This document shows positions 51,343 to 64,000 of a DNA stretch of 64,000 nucleotides, one piece after another. Source of the DNA: Chrysomallon squamiferum (Eukaryota > Animalia > Mollusca); the NCBI GenBank assembly GCA_012295275.1, contig CM022674.1:7936001-8000000 (forward strand), written 5' to 3'. A program made the position numbers and the translations under genes. The stretch's first letter is position 1; each line of letters opens with the position of its first letter. The notes beneath the pieces are model-generated. The model did not search any database. It saw only the letters and a program-made list of their open reading frames with translations, and was not told where the DNA came from.

Positions 51343-51501
51343 TAAAATAATAAATTATTTTTAAATAAAGAATGTATCTGTAATTAATAATACAAATTTA
51401 ATTACATTCTGGTCCCAGGTTCTTTGTTCATGTTTAATTTCGGAGTTGCCAGTGGCTGGGGCCGAAGAGGAGGGCGTGGTCGATGTGGACGCAAGGGTTA
51501 A
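51169..51501 (+). CDS. Small secreted cationic peptide precursor, 39 aa: MKIPAFFAFLFICSLFMFNFGVASG-WGRRGGRGRCGRKG*. Exons 51169-51205 and 51419-51501
   Basis: ATG in aatATG context, strong donor t|GTAAGT at 51206, acceptor cccAG at 51417-51418, phase-1 join restoring Cys. The joined frame gives a signal peptide ending ASG and a GC-rich Gly/Arg-rich tail embedded in very AT-rich DNA. Confidence 0.68.
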
Positions 51502-52171
51502 AATGTGTATGTTGCCTTTTAATACTTTTATAAGAAAAATATCTTTTAATATATAATTCTAAACATAATTACGTTGGTTAAAATTTCGCAATTTAGTCTC
51601 GTTTCTCCTCTATTTTTTACAACAACCATAATAAGTTCATTTTTTTCCACTACATTTTTAATATAGAGTACATTAGATCAGCGAGTACACTTACAAATGG
51701 TTACTATTATTTACTGTTATTAACAATTATTACGGATGGAGTATAATATATATATTACATTACCGTATACTATCAATTTATTGAAATTAGTTCTGGTTAC
51801 CATGACATCCATAATAGAAATGTTTGTGAAATTTATTTTCAGAACTCAGCATTTGCGACATAGTGGTGATGAAACTGAAAAGTTTTGATTTAAAGATTGT
51901 CGAAATGTATAAAATGGAAAAGTTCATGAACGGAAATAAAAGATACTCACCACTCTACATTATTAGTTGCTTATTATTTTAAAATCATAATTATCTTTAT
52001 TACTGATCTTTACTGCCGCTCTTTACACTATTCATAGTTCTTAATTTATTTCTTATTTTATTTATTTTATTTATTCACTAGCCTTCTCACTCCTGTAGTT
52101 TAATCTGATTCTCGTGTTGCGCTATATGAGTTAACTATTAGATTAGCATGAGCACACAAAATGAAAGTCAG

Positions 52172-52176
<5 letters not shown>

Positions 52177-52259
<83 letters not shown>
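52177..52259. repeat. (GA)n microsatellite
   Basis: Directly visible. Confidence 0.95.
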
Positions 52260-52262
<3 letters not shown>

Positions 52263-52526
52263 TTGATTATGTTAAACGTTATCGGTGTTAATTTCTAATT
52301 AGTCCAATATGTTTATAATTCTTAACGAAGTTAACATTCATCTTTGTGTCATCTGTTTTATATAAGTATTTTCACATTGTTAATAATACGTTAATACCCA
52401 TGTGTTAAAAGGCTGGCATAGGTGACATTGTGGGCGACTCAATTTCAGAACAAATCTCTTCCCTGCTGCTTCATTCCGTAATCCGATTTTGTAAATTGTT
52501 TGTTTAATTACCGCTGCATCCTCGCT

Positions 52527-52671
52527 TATAAAAGAGCAATGATTTATGTTTTCATCTTTAAATTACGCATGCTTTCTTTCAGTCATAAACTTCGTGACTA
52601 AACTGCTTTTAGTCCTGGATTGAATCATGTCCTTTGACATTAGTCTTGGCTAAAACAAAGAAGACGTGAGC
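52527..52671 (+). promoter_or_regulatory. Candidate TATA box and non-coding first exon for the 53079 gene
   Basis: TATAAAAG at 52527-52534, donor-like ac|GTGAGC at 52666, and acceptor ttttgatcAG at 53072-53073 six bases before ATG 53079. Confidence 0.35.
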
Positions 52672-53078
52672 TCTTTTTATCTTTTCGTCAACACCGTACA
52701 GTATAAGTACAAAGAGACAGTATTGGTCTTTGTAATGTGGGATTTGATGGAGGATTCAACTGAAATACTTCGGATGGTAGCAGTGTAAAGCAACAGACGT
52801 TACTGTAACTAATGAATTTATAGAATTCATTTTACATACTGTGTGCACGGAAGTTGCGTGGTGTGTGTAAGGAAACTCGCTAAGGAAAGCAGTATACGGA
52901 AAAAAAAAAAGGTGTAGATAGGTCACATACTTAATAAGGAAATGACCACTACTGAGTGGATCTGGTTTTTACGATGTTTATATTGAATCCAGGCCTGTGT
53001 TCGATACTGTCTCGTATTTCAGAAACAAATATGGGTACAAAATGATTTAAAGTTCTTCATCACTTTTGATCAGTAACT

Positions 53079-53443
53079 ATGGAAATGTGCTTATTTTTAA
53101 TTTTGTTGTGTTTTATTCAAAACAGTGGAGGAATATTTCTCATTCGACCTTTTCTTGAGGAACCGCCTCTGGTGGTGGGAATACCATCACACAACTTTTG
53201 GCCTTTTATACCGATAGTTCCACCCTTGAACGTTAACAGGTCCTACTTTGGTGTGCCTAGACATAATTTCTGGCCCTGGATACCTGTTTTCCCACCGAAT
53301 GGTGTCCCGCTTCCACCATCAAAACCTAGAATTCCTTGGAAAGGTGGAAAAACGGGAGGTAAGTTTGAAATATAGTAATAATCATATTAAATTAGTGTGA
53401 CCGAGTAATCAAATAACGTACAATGTTGTGTGTTTTTTCTATT

Positions 53444-53494
<51 letters not shown>

Positions 53495-53742
53495 TTTTTT
53501 TTTATTTAATTATTTTTTTCTTTGATAAAACATAATTTATTTGCTGACGTGATAAAGATATTTATATTACAATCTGCTGTTACTCTGGGTGAAATGGATG
53601 TTTTTGTAACTCCCACCATTTTTCTGCTTCTTTTGTGAGTTTTTACATTAATAGTATATTATTATTTTGAAAATCATATAAATATGTTGCTCTTTATTTT
53701 TTTTTTTTTGTTAAATTATCAGAATTGCATTCTGGCTCATAA
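53079..53742 (+). CDS. Small secreted Pro/Trp-rich protein (~100 aa) with a duplicated G[IV]PxHNFWP[FW]IP[IV]xPP motif. Main exon 53079-53358, probable terminal exon 53723-53742
   Basis: Signal-like MEMCLFLILLCFIQNSGG. Internal repeat GIPSHNFWPFIPIVPP / GVPRHNFWPWIPVFPP. Strong donor gag|GTAAGT at 53359. A phase-compatible acceptor at 53721-53722 gives ELHSGS* immediately followed by two AATAAA. Confidence 0.65.
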
Positions 53743-54036
53743 ATAAAATGAAATAAAAACAATCATTCACAAACTACCTGTGATTTTAAAATAATTTATT
53801 CTGTTTTAACACGCGGCCAGGGCTCGCCGCGAGACGTCGCTAGAGGAATTCTTCGTTTCCGGTAATCAAGGGAGATAAGCTGACAAATTAGCATTTTCTC
53901 ACGAAGCGCATTACTGTATGAATTAAATTCTAATTACCTCGACATAACTGTAGATGGCCTAATCATCGGTAGAGTAGTAGGCGTGTCGTGATAGCTAAAA
54001 TTCGAGGAAGTAAATTAATTTATATTGTCCACCTGA

Positions 54037-54092
<56 letters not shown>

Positions 54093-54336
54093 GTGTGTTA
54101 AAACAGACCTTATCACATTCAGTATTTCAGAAAAAGTGAATGCTCTTGATTAGTACTGTTATATATCTCTAAAAATATTGTTGAAATTTCGACGTGTTTA
54201 TCTAAACGGCACAATCATTGATAAATAAAAACAAATAATAATAACAGAAAACAAATATAATTCAATAAAAGAAAAATTGTATAAGTGTATACACATATAA
54301 TACATCAATACAGCATTGCTTTTACAATAGTTAAGC

Positions 54337-54373
<37 letters not shown>

Positions 54374-55300
54374 TACAAATTACTATATTTAACATATCGT
54401 ATTAATTACTTTACTTAATATATCGTCTGCTCGAACTGTTTTATTCATCATTTTTCGCATTTGCAATCGAAAGGATAGAGGAGATTCTAAGGGGACTTAA
54501 TAGCTCCCCTGGATCGCACACTGTCAGAGTTTTACATGTTTTGTTTTCGTTTGACGGCAGTTGACATTTGGCCTAGCTTTTCTCATAGGCCATGTTTCTC
54601 TCTGTTCTTCTTACACTTCACCGTCCAATCGTCTGTGTGTCGACTGGAAAGACAAATATGGCGGCTGCTCATACAAGCTTGAACATAGGCGCGTGACAAT
54701 ATTTACGTGTTTGTTCACGTGCCTGGCTGTTTGTGAAGTCCCGTATAGAAACTTTTGTAAAGTATCGACTTTTTGACTAACTGTGTCATTTTCGAAGGAT
54801 ATTTAAAAAAAAATAGTTATATTGTTTTCATGTGCATTATTATCGCTGGACAATTAGTTTATATCATGTATTTTTGTGCATAAACTAACATAATTATATT
54901 TTACCCGGTATAACGTCATTTATGTTTAAAACTTACTTCAGGGCAATATTAAATAACATATGATTCTGTGAACAGTTCACGAATTACGAAAATGGTCATT
55001 AACATTGTTATTCATAATTTTGAAGATATCTTTGCTCCAATAATAAAATATATCAGAAATTTTATTAAAAGCCATTATTAAAAACAGATAAAACATATTT
55101 ATTTCAAAATACGCTATAAAGAAAGAAAAATGTAATGTAGTAAGTATATGCAATAAGTACTGTGAAAACTATCAACAAGATGACAGCGAAAAATGTTGAA
55201 ATGTGTCATATTTTTACAATTTATAAGCTTGTCTCTTTCAGATTATGACAAAAAATATCTTTGTTCGATTTTAATGCATAGGTGAAATAACACATTTAAA

Positions 55301-55352
<52 letters not shown>

Positions 55353-56192
55353 TCGTTATAATTAGGTTACAATTTAAAGATTTGAAAAGACTTCACTCTA
55401 TAGCAATAGGTATTTCACAATCTGAAAATTAGTCATTTAGCTAATCAAAACACTGACACAAACAGTTTTTAAAAACATAATCACCGTGGTTCCGAATAAA
55501 AATCAACAAAAAGTCTCTGTAAAATATAATGTATAGTTAATTAAGTGCGTCTGTAAAAAGAGTCATCAAAGTCAGATAAAACAAATTAGCAAACTCTCCT
55601 GGAAATAAAATAATTATCGTGTATAGCTGAAAAATTTAACAACAAGGCTAAATTAAAAATCGGTAGATCGTCCTTGTTGCGTAATGATGTATGATTACAT
55701 AATCTAGGTTCATTATTGATTGCCAGCGTTGAAAGACATTTCAATGTGACATTCTTTAACATCCTATCGTCTGCTCAGCAGATATTGAGTAGAGGTGTGA
55801 AACTGAAATATGCAGACGACCAACAGGGGACAGTCGGGCATTGGATGTCAATAATTAATTTGGGAAATGTTAAATATTCCCGACTAAATGTGACTTATCC
55901 TTCAGCGTAGATGTTTTCTCTGAACCTGTTGCAACTTCTGTTTATTTAATGATTATGCAATGTACTTCTTTCTGTCTCTCATTCTGCTGTTTTATCAGCC
56001 ATAGTAATGGAATAATGAGAGGAGGAAAGAGAAATATATTTAATTATGAATAAATTAAAACTAAAAATAATACTGTTTTGTTTATATTATATTTTTTTCT
56101 AAATAATATTTCCTCTTTTACCATCTATTTTTTGTTCCTCGCAATGTATTTCCAGTTAAATAGCAAATATAAGGTTACCTTCTGTTATATCA

Positions 56193-56249
<57 letters not shown>

Positions 56250-57187
56250 TGATTAGATTAAGTACATAATTTTTAACTTTTAATTATTATATTTTATCAT
56301 AACACAATAACAAGGCAATAAAAGAAAAAGAAAGAAATCTCGATTCCTTATTCTGAAACAAAGCAATATCATCACTGAAACACAGAACTCTCAACAGCAT
56401 TGGAAAAAAATACTGCTTAGGGCGATATTACTAAGGAAAAGTGAATTTATAATGGATTTTCTATGTTCTTGAAGTATTCATATAATCAACTTGAGACATC
56501 GTAATCTGTCAGAGATTAAAACATCTCAACGGATTGTAAAAATATTTCAGTTGCATTATGAAATTTAATTTTCAGAAAGAAAAAAAGCTGAACTCGTTCT
56601 TAAAATTTTCAAAGCAGTCGCATGTATTTGACGTTTTGCTAATCTACATGTTTTTGAATACATTAAATGAAATCGCTTACATTGAAAAATCGAACATTGG
56701 CAAAGGTTTTGTAAATTTGCGTCATGACTCAAACAAACGCTAATACAGTGTAGATTTAAGGCTTATAACGCTGCAATGGTGTTATTTTCTGTTAACATGC
56801 ACTAAAAAAACCCTCGTTTGTTTATAGTTTAACATATAGCTGTGTCGTATCGATTCACTTAACACTGGCATACTGCAGCTCCGTAGAAAATATTTGAGAC
56901 AGTAATGATGTTTGTTTGTCTTGAGAATGTTGTCCAACTTTGATTATTCTAGTCCGGAACGCACACAGAGACTGGCTGACTGACATATAAAGTTGGTTAC
57001 ACGTTCGTGCACAAACAAGTGACGTATGCAAAGCCACGTTAATAACTCAGCTCGTAGAAGAAGACCTGTTCAGTTGGATTTTCACATCACAGAGAGGCAG
57101 GTGCAAAGAGACGAACGGACGAACGGAATAAAGTGCTTCGCTTAAATACAGATGTTTTCACTGAAACATATCGCCTAACCTGCAGTA

Positions 57188-60100
57188 ATGTGGTTCTTGA
57201 AGTTGTTGTTATTTTTATTCTTCTGTCTGTTGTTCTGTTCAGCCGAATCACCTTTCAAACTGCAAAGACTTCTGGCTACAAAACTTTTTCTGAAGACTCC
57301 GATATATAGAGCTTTGAATGAAGAAAAGAACTGGAATTCGAAGAAATTACCTTTATTAGAAAAAGATCCCAATTTAAAATCGGTAGTACAAAAACAATCA
57401 GAAAATGGACAAGTCACTGGTTATCACAAGATGACCACGAGTCCAGTTCTGACTTCACTTATAACATCTAAATTCAAAGGCCCAACAATAATACCAGTAA
57501 CACCAGCCCGAACAGTACAACATATTTCTCGTTTCTGGAACCATAACATAAAACAAAAACACAGCAGAAATGATACAAAGCTTGGTAGAGGTTATTTTTC
57601 TCCATCCAAAATGTCGGGAAGATTCAGTTTTCAAGGAAATTTTAGGAAGACTTCAAACAACTCAAACCATCTCAGACAGAGCGACTGGAATAGCCACGTT
57701 ACCCGTTTTACGAATACACGTGTTATACAGCCTACAGAGTCTGTGCTGAGGTCCACGTTAATACAGGATACACAATACCACAGTTCTCCGTTTGTTCCGT
57801 CTGATCAGCATGGTGAGACAGAACCTCGCGAAGGTCTCTCCTACAGACGAAACAATGGCGAAGATTTAAAACAAGCAAAACATAAGAGATACGAATATAT
57901 TCATTATTTAATACCAAAGAGATTAACTTCCACAGAATCCATTAAAAATACTTTAGACAACAATAACCTGGCTTTTAAATCTCCGTTCACGGAAAGGACT
58001 GTGGTTTTAGAGGATAAAGAAAAGAAATCTGGACAGTCTGGTGAAGTAAGCTCGATACAGCCTGTTACATGGATTCCAAAGGAAGCTGTTGATACAGACG
58101 ATCAGAAGAAGTACAAATACAGAAACTCTAAGAAAATCTGGCTTCAGTCGTACAATTCGAAACCTCGACATGTTGCACAGTCCCCATTTCAACCACAACG
58201 ACTGTCACAGAAATATTACAATAATAAACTCGAAAATACAAATAACAGATATCAGAGGGAAAAACTGGATTATAAATCAGGAAAAAAGACAGTCGAAAGA
58301 CAAAAAGTTTCCAGAAGTTTTTATAATCCATATCAGAATAATTCTGAGTATTTTAACAACTCAAGTAAAAAAGATAATCATGGTAGTAAGAAACCTAAAT
58401 CCAATACAACTCGCAGAAAAGGAGATAATTCAAAATCTATCTTTCAGTTACCAAGAACATATTTTCAAAATTATAATGGTGGGTCTGATTATCAGATTCG
58501 GAAGAAAACAGTGAAAAATGTTTCTAACAAACAAAAACGGCAGTTTCCCAGACGGAACAATCAACGTAACTCTAAACAAATGAAGAAAAGTGGTTTTAAA
58601 AGAAGACCTGTGACAATAATTCGGAATAACAAGAAACTGGTGAGACGGACAAACTCTAAAATAAAATCACCATTTTCACCTTCACAGCAAGATGAACATT
58701 ATGTAAACGTAAAAGAAAAGAAAAAGGACAGATCAACAGCCTACAAAAAACAAAATACAAGATATGAAAGAAGAAGGATTCCTAATATGAAGTCTGCTCG
58801 TTATACTAACAGAAAATACACATACAGACCAGTTGTTAGGAATAGAGATGATGGTAAATCTGACATTTCTAAAAAGAATAAATCTGTTTCCCCGCATGAC
58901 GGGTTCACGCGATCGAAACCTGTGAAACCATCAACAACAGCAACGTCAGCCACAGTAGGAATTAAAACAGACAGACAGACAGACATGTTATCTCCTACGA
59001 CAACGCATGAATACAAACCAACGAGAAGACATTATGGGAATACAGTAACACCAACTGAGAAGACGACAGAAGCAATTCGCAAACAGCTGTCCGGTTTGAA
59101 AAGAGGTCATCGCATTGTCTGGGGACGAAAACTACGCAATCGAGCAACAATCACCAGTCACGGTTTTATTTTTTCAAACCCAAGACAGTCTATTCAGCAC
59201 CCTGTTCAAACGAGAACTTCTACAACACAAGTACAACACAGCACTTCAGAAGGAAAACAAATAACCACAGTTGCAGCTCCTCCAAGTAATACAACAACGT
59301 CATCTAAACATCGTGTACATTCCACAGAGAGAACAAGACTCATCAGACACAACAAACAGCAGCGCAGATCTCAGATGACAAAACGAAAACAGAGACAAAG
59401 ATTAACTAGCAAAAAACAAAAGAACGGACAAATTAGACGAAGCAGAAATGACTCCAGTAACAGTCAGAAAACTACTTTGTCAAAACCGGCAAATTATGTA
59501 AGAGTGAACAGTCAAAGAAATATTAAAAATGGATCTGCTTTTGGAAGGATGAAACTTAGACGTCGAACAAAAATCGTAAATCCGTATGCAAACAAACTTG
59601 ATGGCAGCATTCAGCAAGGTCGAAAGGAATTCAGATGGCCACATGTACGATCTAGCGTTGCGTCTGCAAATCCGTACGAGAGAAAACTGTGGGTGAAAAA
59701 TATTGCAATGAGCAATGGAAATGGGGAACGTATAGACAAAGAAACGACTTTTGCTAAAAGAGACGGCATTGAGTTTAAAAATAGTGTTATTACAAAATCA
59801 GATTTCAGAAAAAACAAATTAGAAGATCTGGACAAAGTCAAAACAAGTTGGGATGATGTTTCACGTGTCGACCGGAAGTCGTCTTCCAGTGAAGAAACAA
59901 GCAGACGTCGTCTACATGACAAAGCTGTGGACTATTTAGAAAAATCAAGCGGCGATTCACCAGCAATTATTAAACAGAAAAACAAAAATCCTGTGAAGAA
60001 AAACTTAATACTTCAAGAATCAAGACATCTGAATATAACTAGAACCGATTTTTTAAAGAAACACAGTCGCTCCCCTTTCTTCAAGCTGCGTCCAAACAAT

Positions 60101-60239
60101 ACCAAAATATCTGAGCAAAAAATACCTTACCTTCCTTCTAGAAAGAAATCAAAAGATTCTCGCGGTAGTCTTCCGAGTTTTAAACGAATCCCAACAGATA
60201 TTGAACTTCCGAAAGACACTCAGGGTAGAAAAACAAAAG
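57188..60239 (+). CDS. ~3-kb exon encoding a signal peptide plus ~1000 aa of Lys/Arg/Ser/Thr/Asn-rich low-complexity sequence. Probable first exon of the GH9 gene; the unspliced ORF ends at 60298
   Basis: 1036-codon uninterrupted, non-repetitive ORF in AT-rich DNA. Signal peptide MWFLKLLLFLFFCLLFCSA. TATA-like catataaag at ~56985. Phase-1 donor AAG|GCAAGT at 60240 (alternative G|GTAGAA at 60225) matches the phase-1 GH9 acceptor. Confidence 0.78.
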
Positions 60240-61027
60240 GCAAGTATGGCAAAAGCAGAAGAAAAATCCTAAAAGCAGTTCGTAATTCCATACTGTAATT
60301 ACAGGGATTTCGGTATCTGCTTATTATTTAAACAGATTACATGAAGAAATTTACTCTGTAAATAACTGAAGATAATGCTTCGTTGGGCAAGATTAAACAA
60401 AACATTAATTCATTAAAAGTGAAAATTTACAACAGTTTTTTCTTTTATATATATTAGAAGCATCTGTTTTTTTTTTTTTCAAATTTGTTTCTGTTTTTAC
60501 TTATCTGCAGTGAATCGGTGAATGCAAAAATTTAATAACAAACATAATATTTATTTTGATATACTTAAAACAAAATTAATGGGTATTTTTATTTTGTTAT
60601 TTTAAATTCTTTAATTTTTTTAAATTTTTTATTTTATTTTTTTTAATTTTTCGTTTTATAATAATAATAATCATAACGACAGCAATAAAGAAGAAGTATT
60701 TGCACAAACAGCGTAGCCAAATTTACTGCAATAGTCAAAGATTTTGATTATAATCAGAATTAGTTCTTCCATATAGTTTTTTTTTTTTATACAGCGGATC
60801 CACTGTTAAAACATATAATACACGAGTCAATCATTTACAAGTCTTTATTTATTTATTTATTTATTTATCTATCTATTTATTTATCTACCAATTTATTTAT
60901 TTATTTATTTATCTATCTATTTATCTACCAATTTATTTATTTATTTATTTATTTATCTATCCATTTATCTATCTATATCTCTATGTAGTTATCTATTTAT
61001 TTATTTATCTATCTATCTATCTTTCTC

Positions 61028-61060
<33 letters not shown>

Positions 61061-61065
61061 TTTTG

Positions 61066-63925
<2,860 letters not shown>

Positions 63926-64000
63926 GTCAGTGTGTCATATGTATTAAATAATCAATAACATTGTTATTTAGTATAACAATAACAGAGTTATTTAGTATAA

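Noticed and set aside
51205-53126. Direct splicing of the 51169 signal exon to the acceptor at 53124-53125
   Set aside because: Phase mismatch: the joined frame reaches a stop and loses the HNFWP repeat frame.
57188-57242. Reading the MWFLKLLLFLFFCLLFCS signal peptide as merely a translated polypyrimidine tract
   Set aside because: Not preferred, because there is an in-frame ATG, a basic n-region, a plausible cleavage site and an upstream TATA-like box. It cannot be excluded and is kept as an alternative in the findings.
57732-59922. Antisense and alternative-frame ORFs overlapping the 1036-aa ORF
   Set aside because: Shadow ORFs of a long coding exon with no independent signals.

Overview
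AT-rich, intron-rich animal genomic DNA. The gene content, microsatellite load and a mollusc-type SINE suggest an invertebrate, probably a gastropod mollusc (inference). Exons were assembled by hand from splice signals and reading phase. In order: (1) the 3' part of agrin (+, 18 exons, stop 11950), with an apparent 1-bp frameshift at 9141-9145; (2) ANKRD49 (-), head-to-head with (3) PIGA (+); (4) a very large, atypical 36-exon receptor guanylyl-cyclase-like gene (-, 25460-48717). Its architecture is signal peptide, three Ig-like repeats, Venus-flytrap/ANF domain, EGF repeats, TM, pseudokinase, then a cyclase lacking the guanine-specifying Glu. It carries a decayed Sola2-like transposon and a SINE in introns; (5) two small secreted-peptide genes (+): a 39-aa Gly/Arg-rich precursor missed by the ORF track, and a ~100-aa Pro/Trp-rich protein; (6) a GH9 endoglucanase (+, runs off the window) whose probable first exon is a ~3-kb ORF encoding a signal peptide plus ~1000 aa of basic disordered sequence. 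A recurring oddity is that tandem repeats are built from exon boundaries themselves (splice donors, acceptors and a stop codon) at five separate loci. No database searches were run; family calls come from motif recognition.
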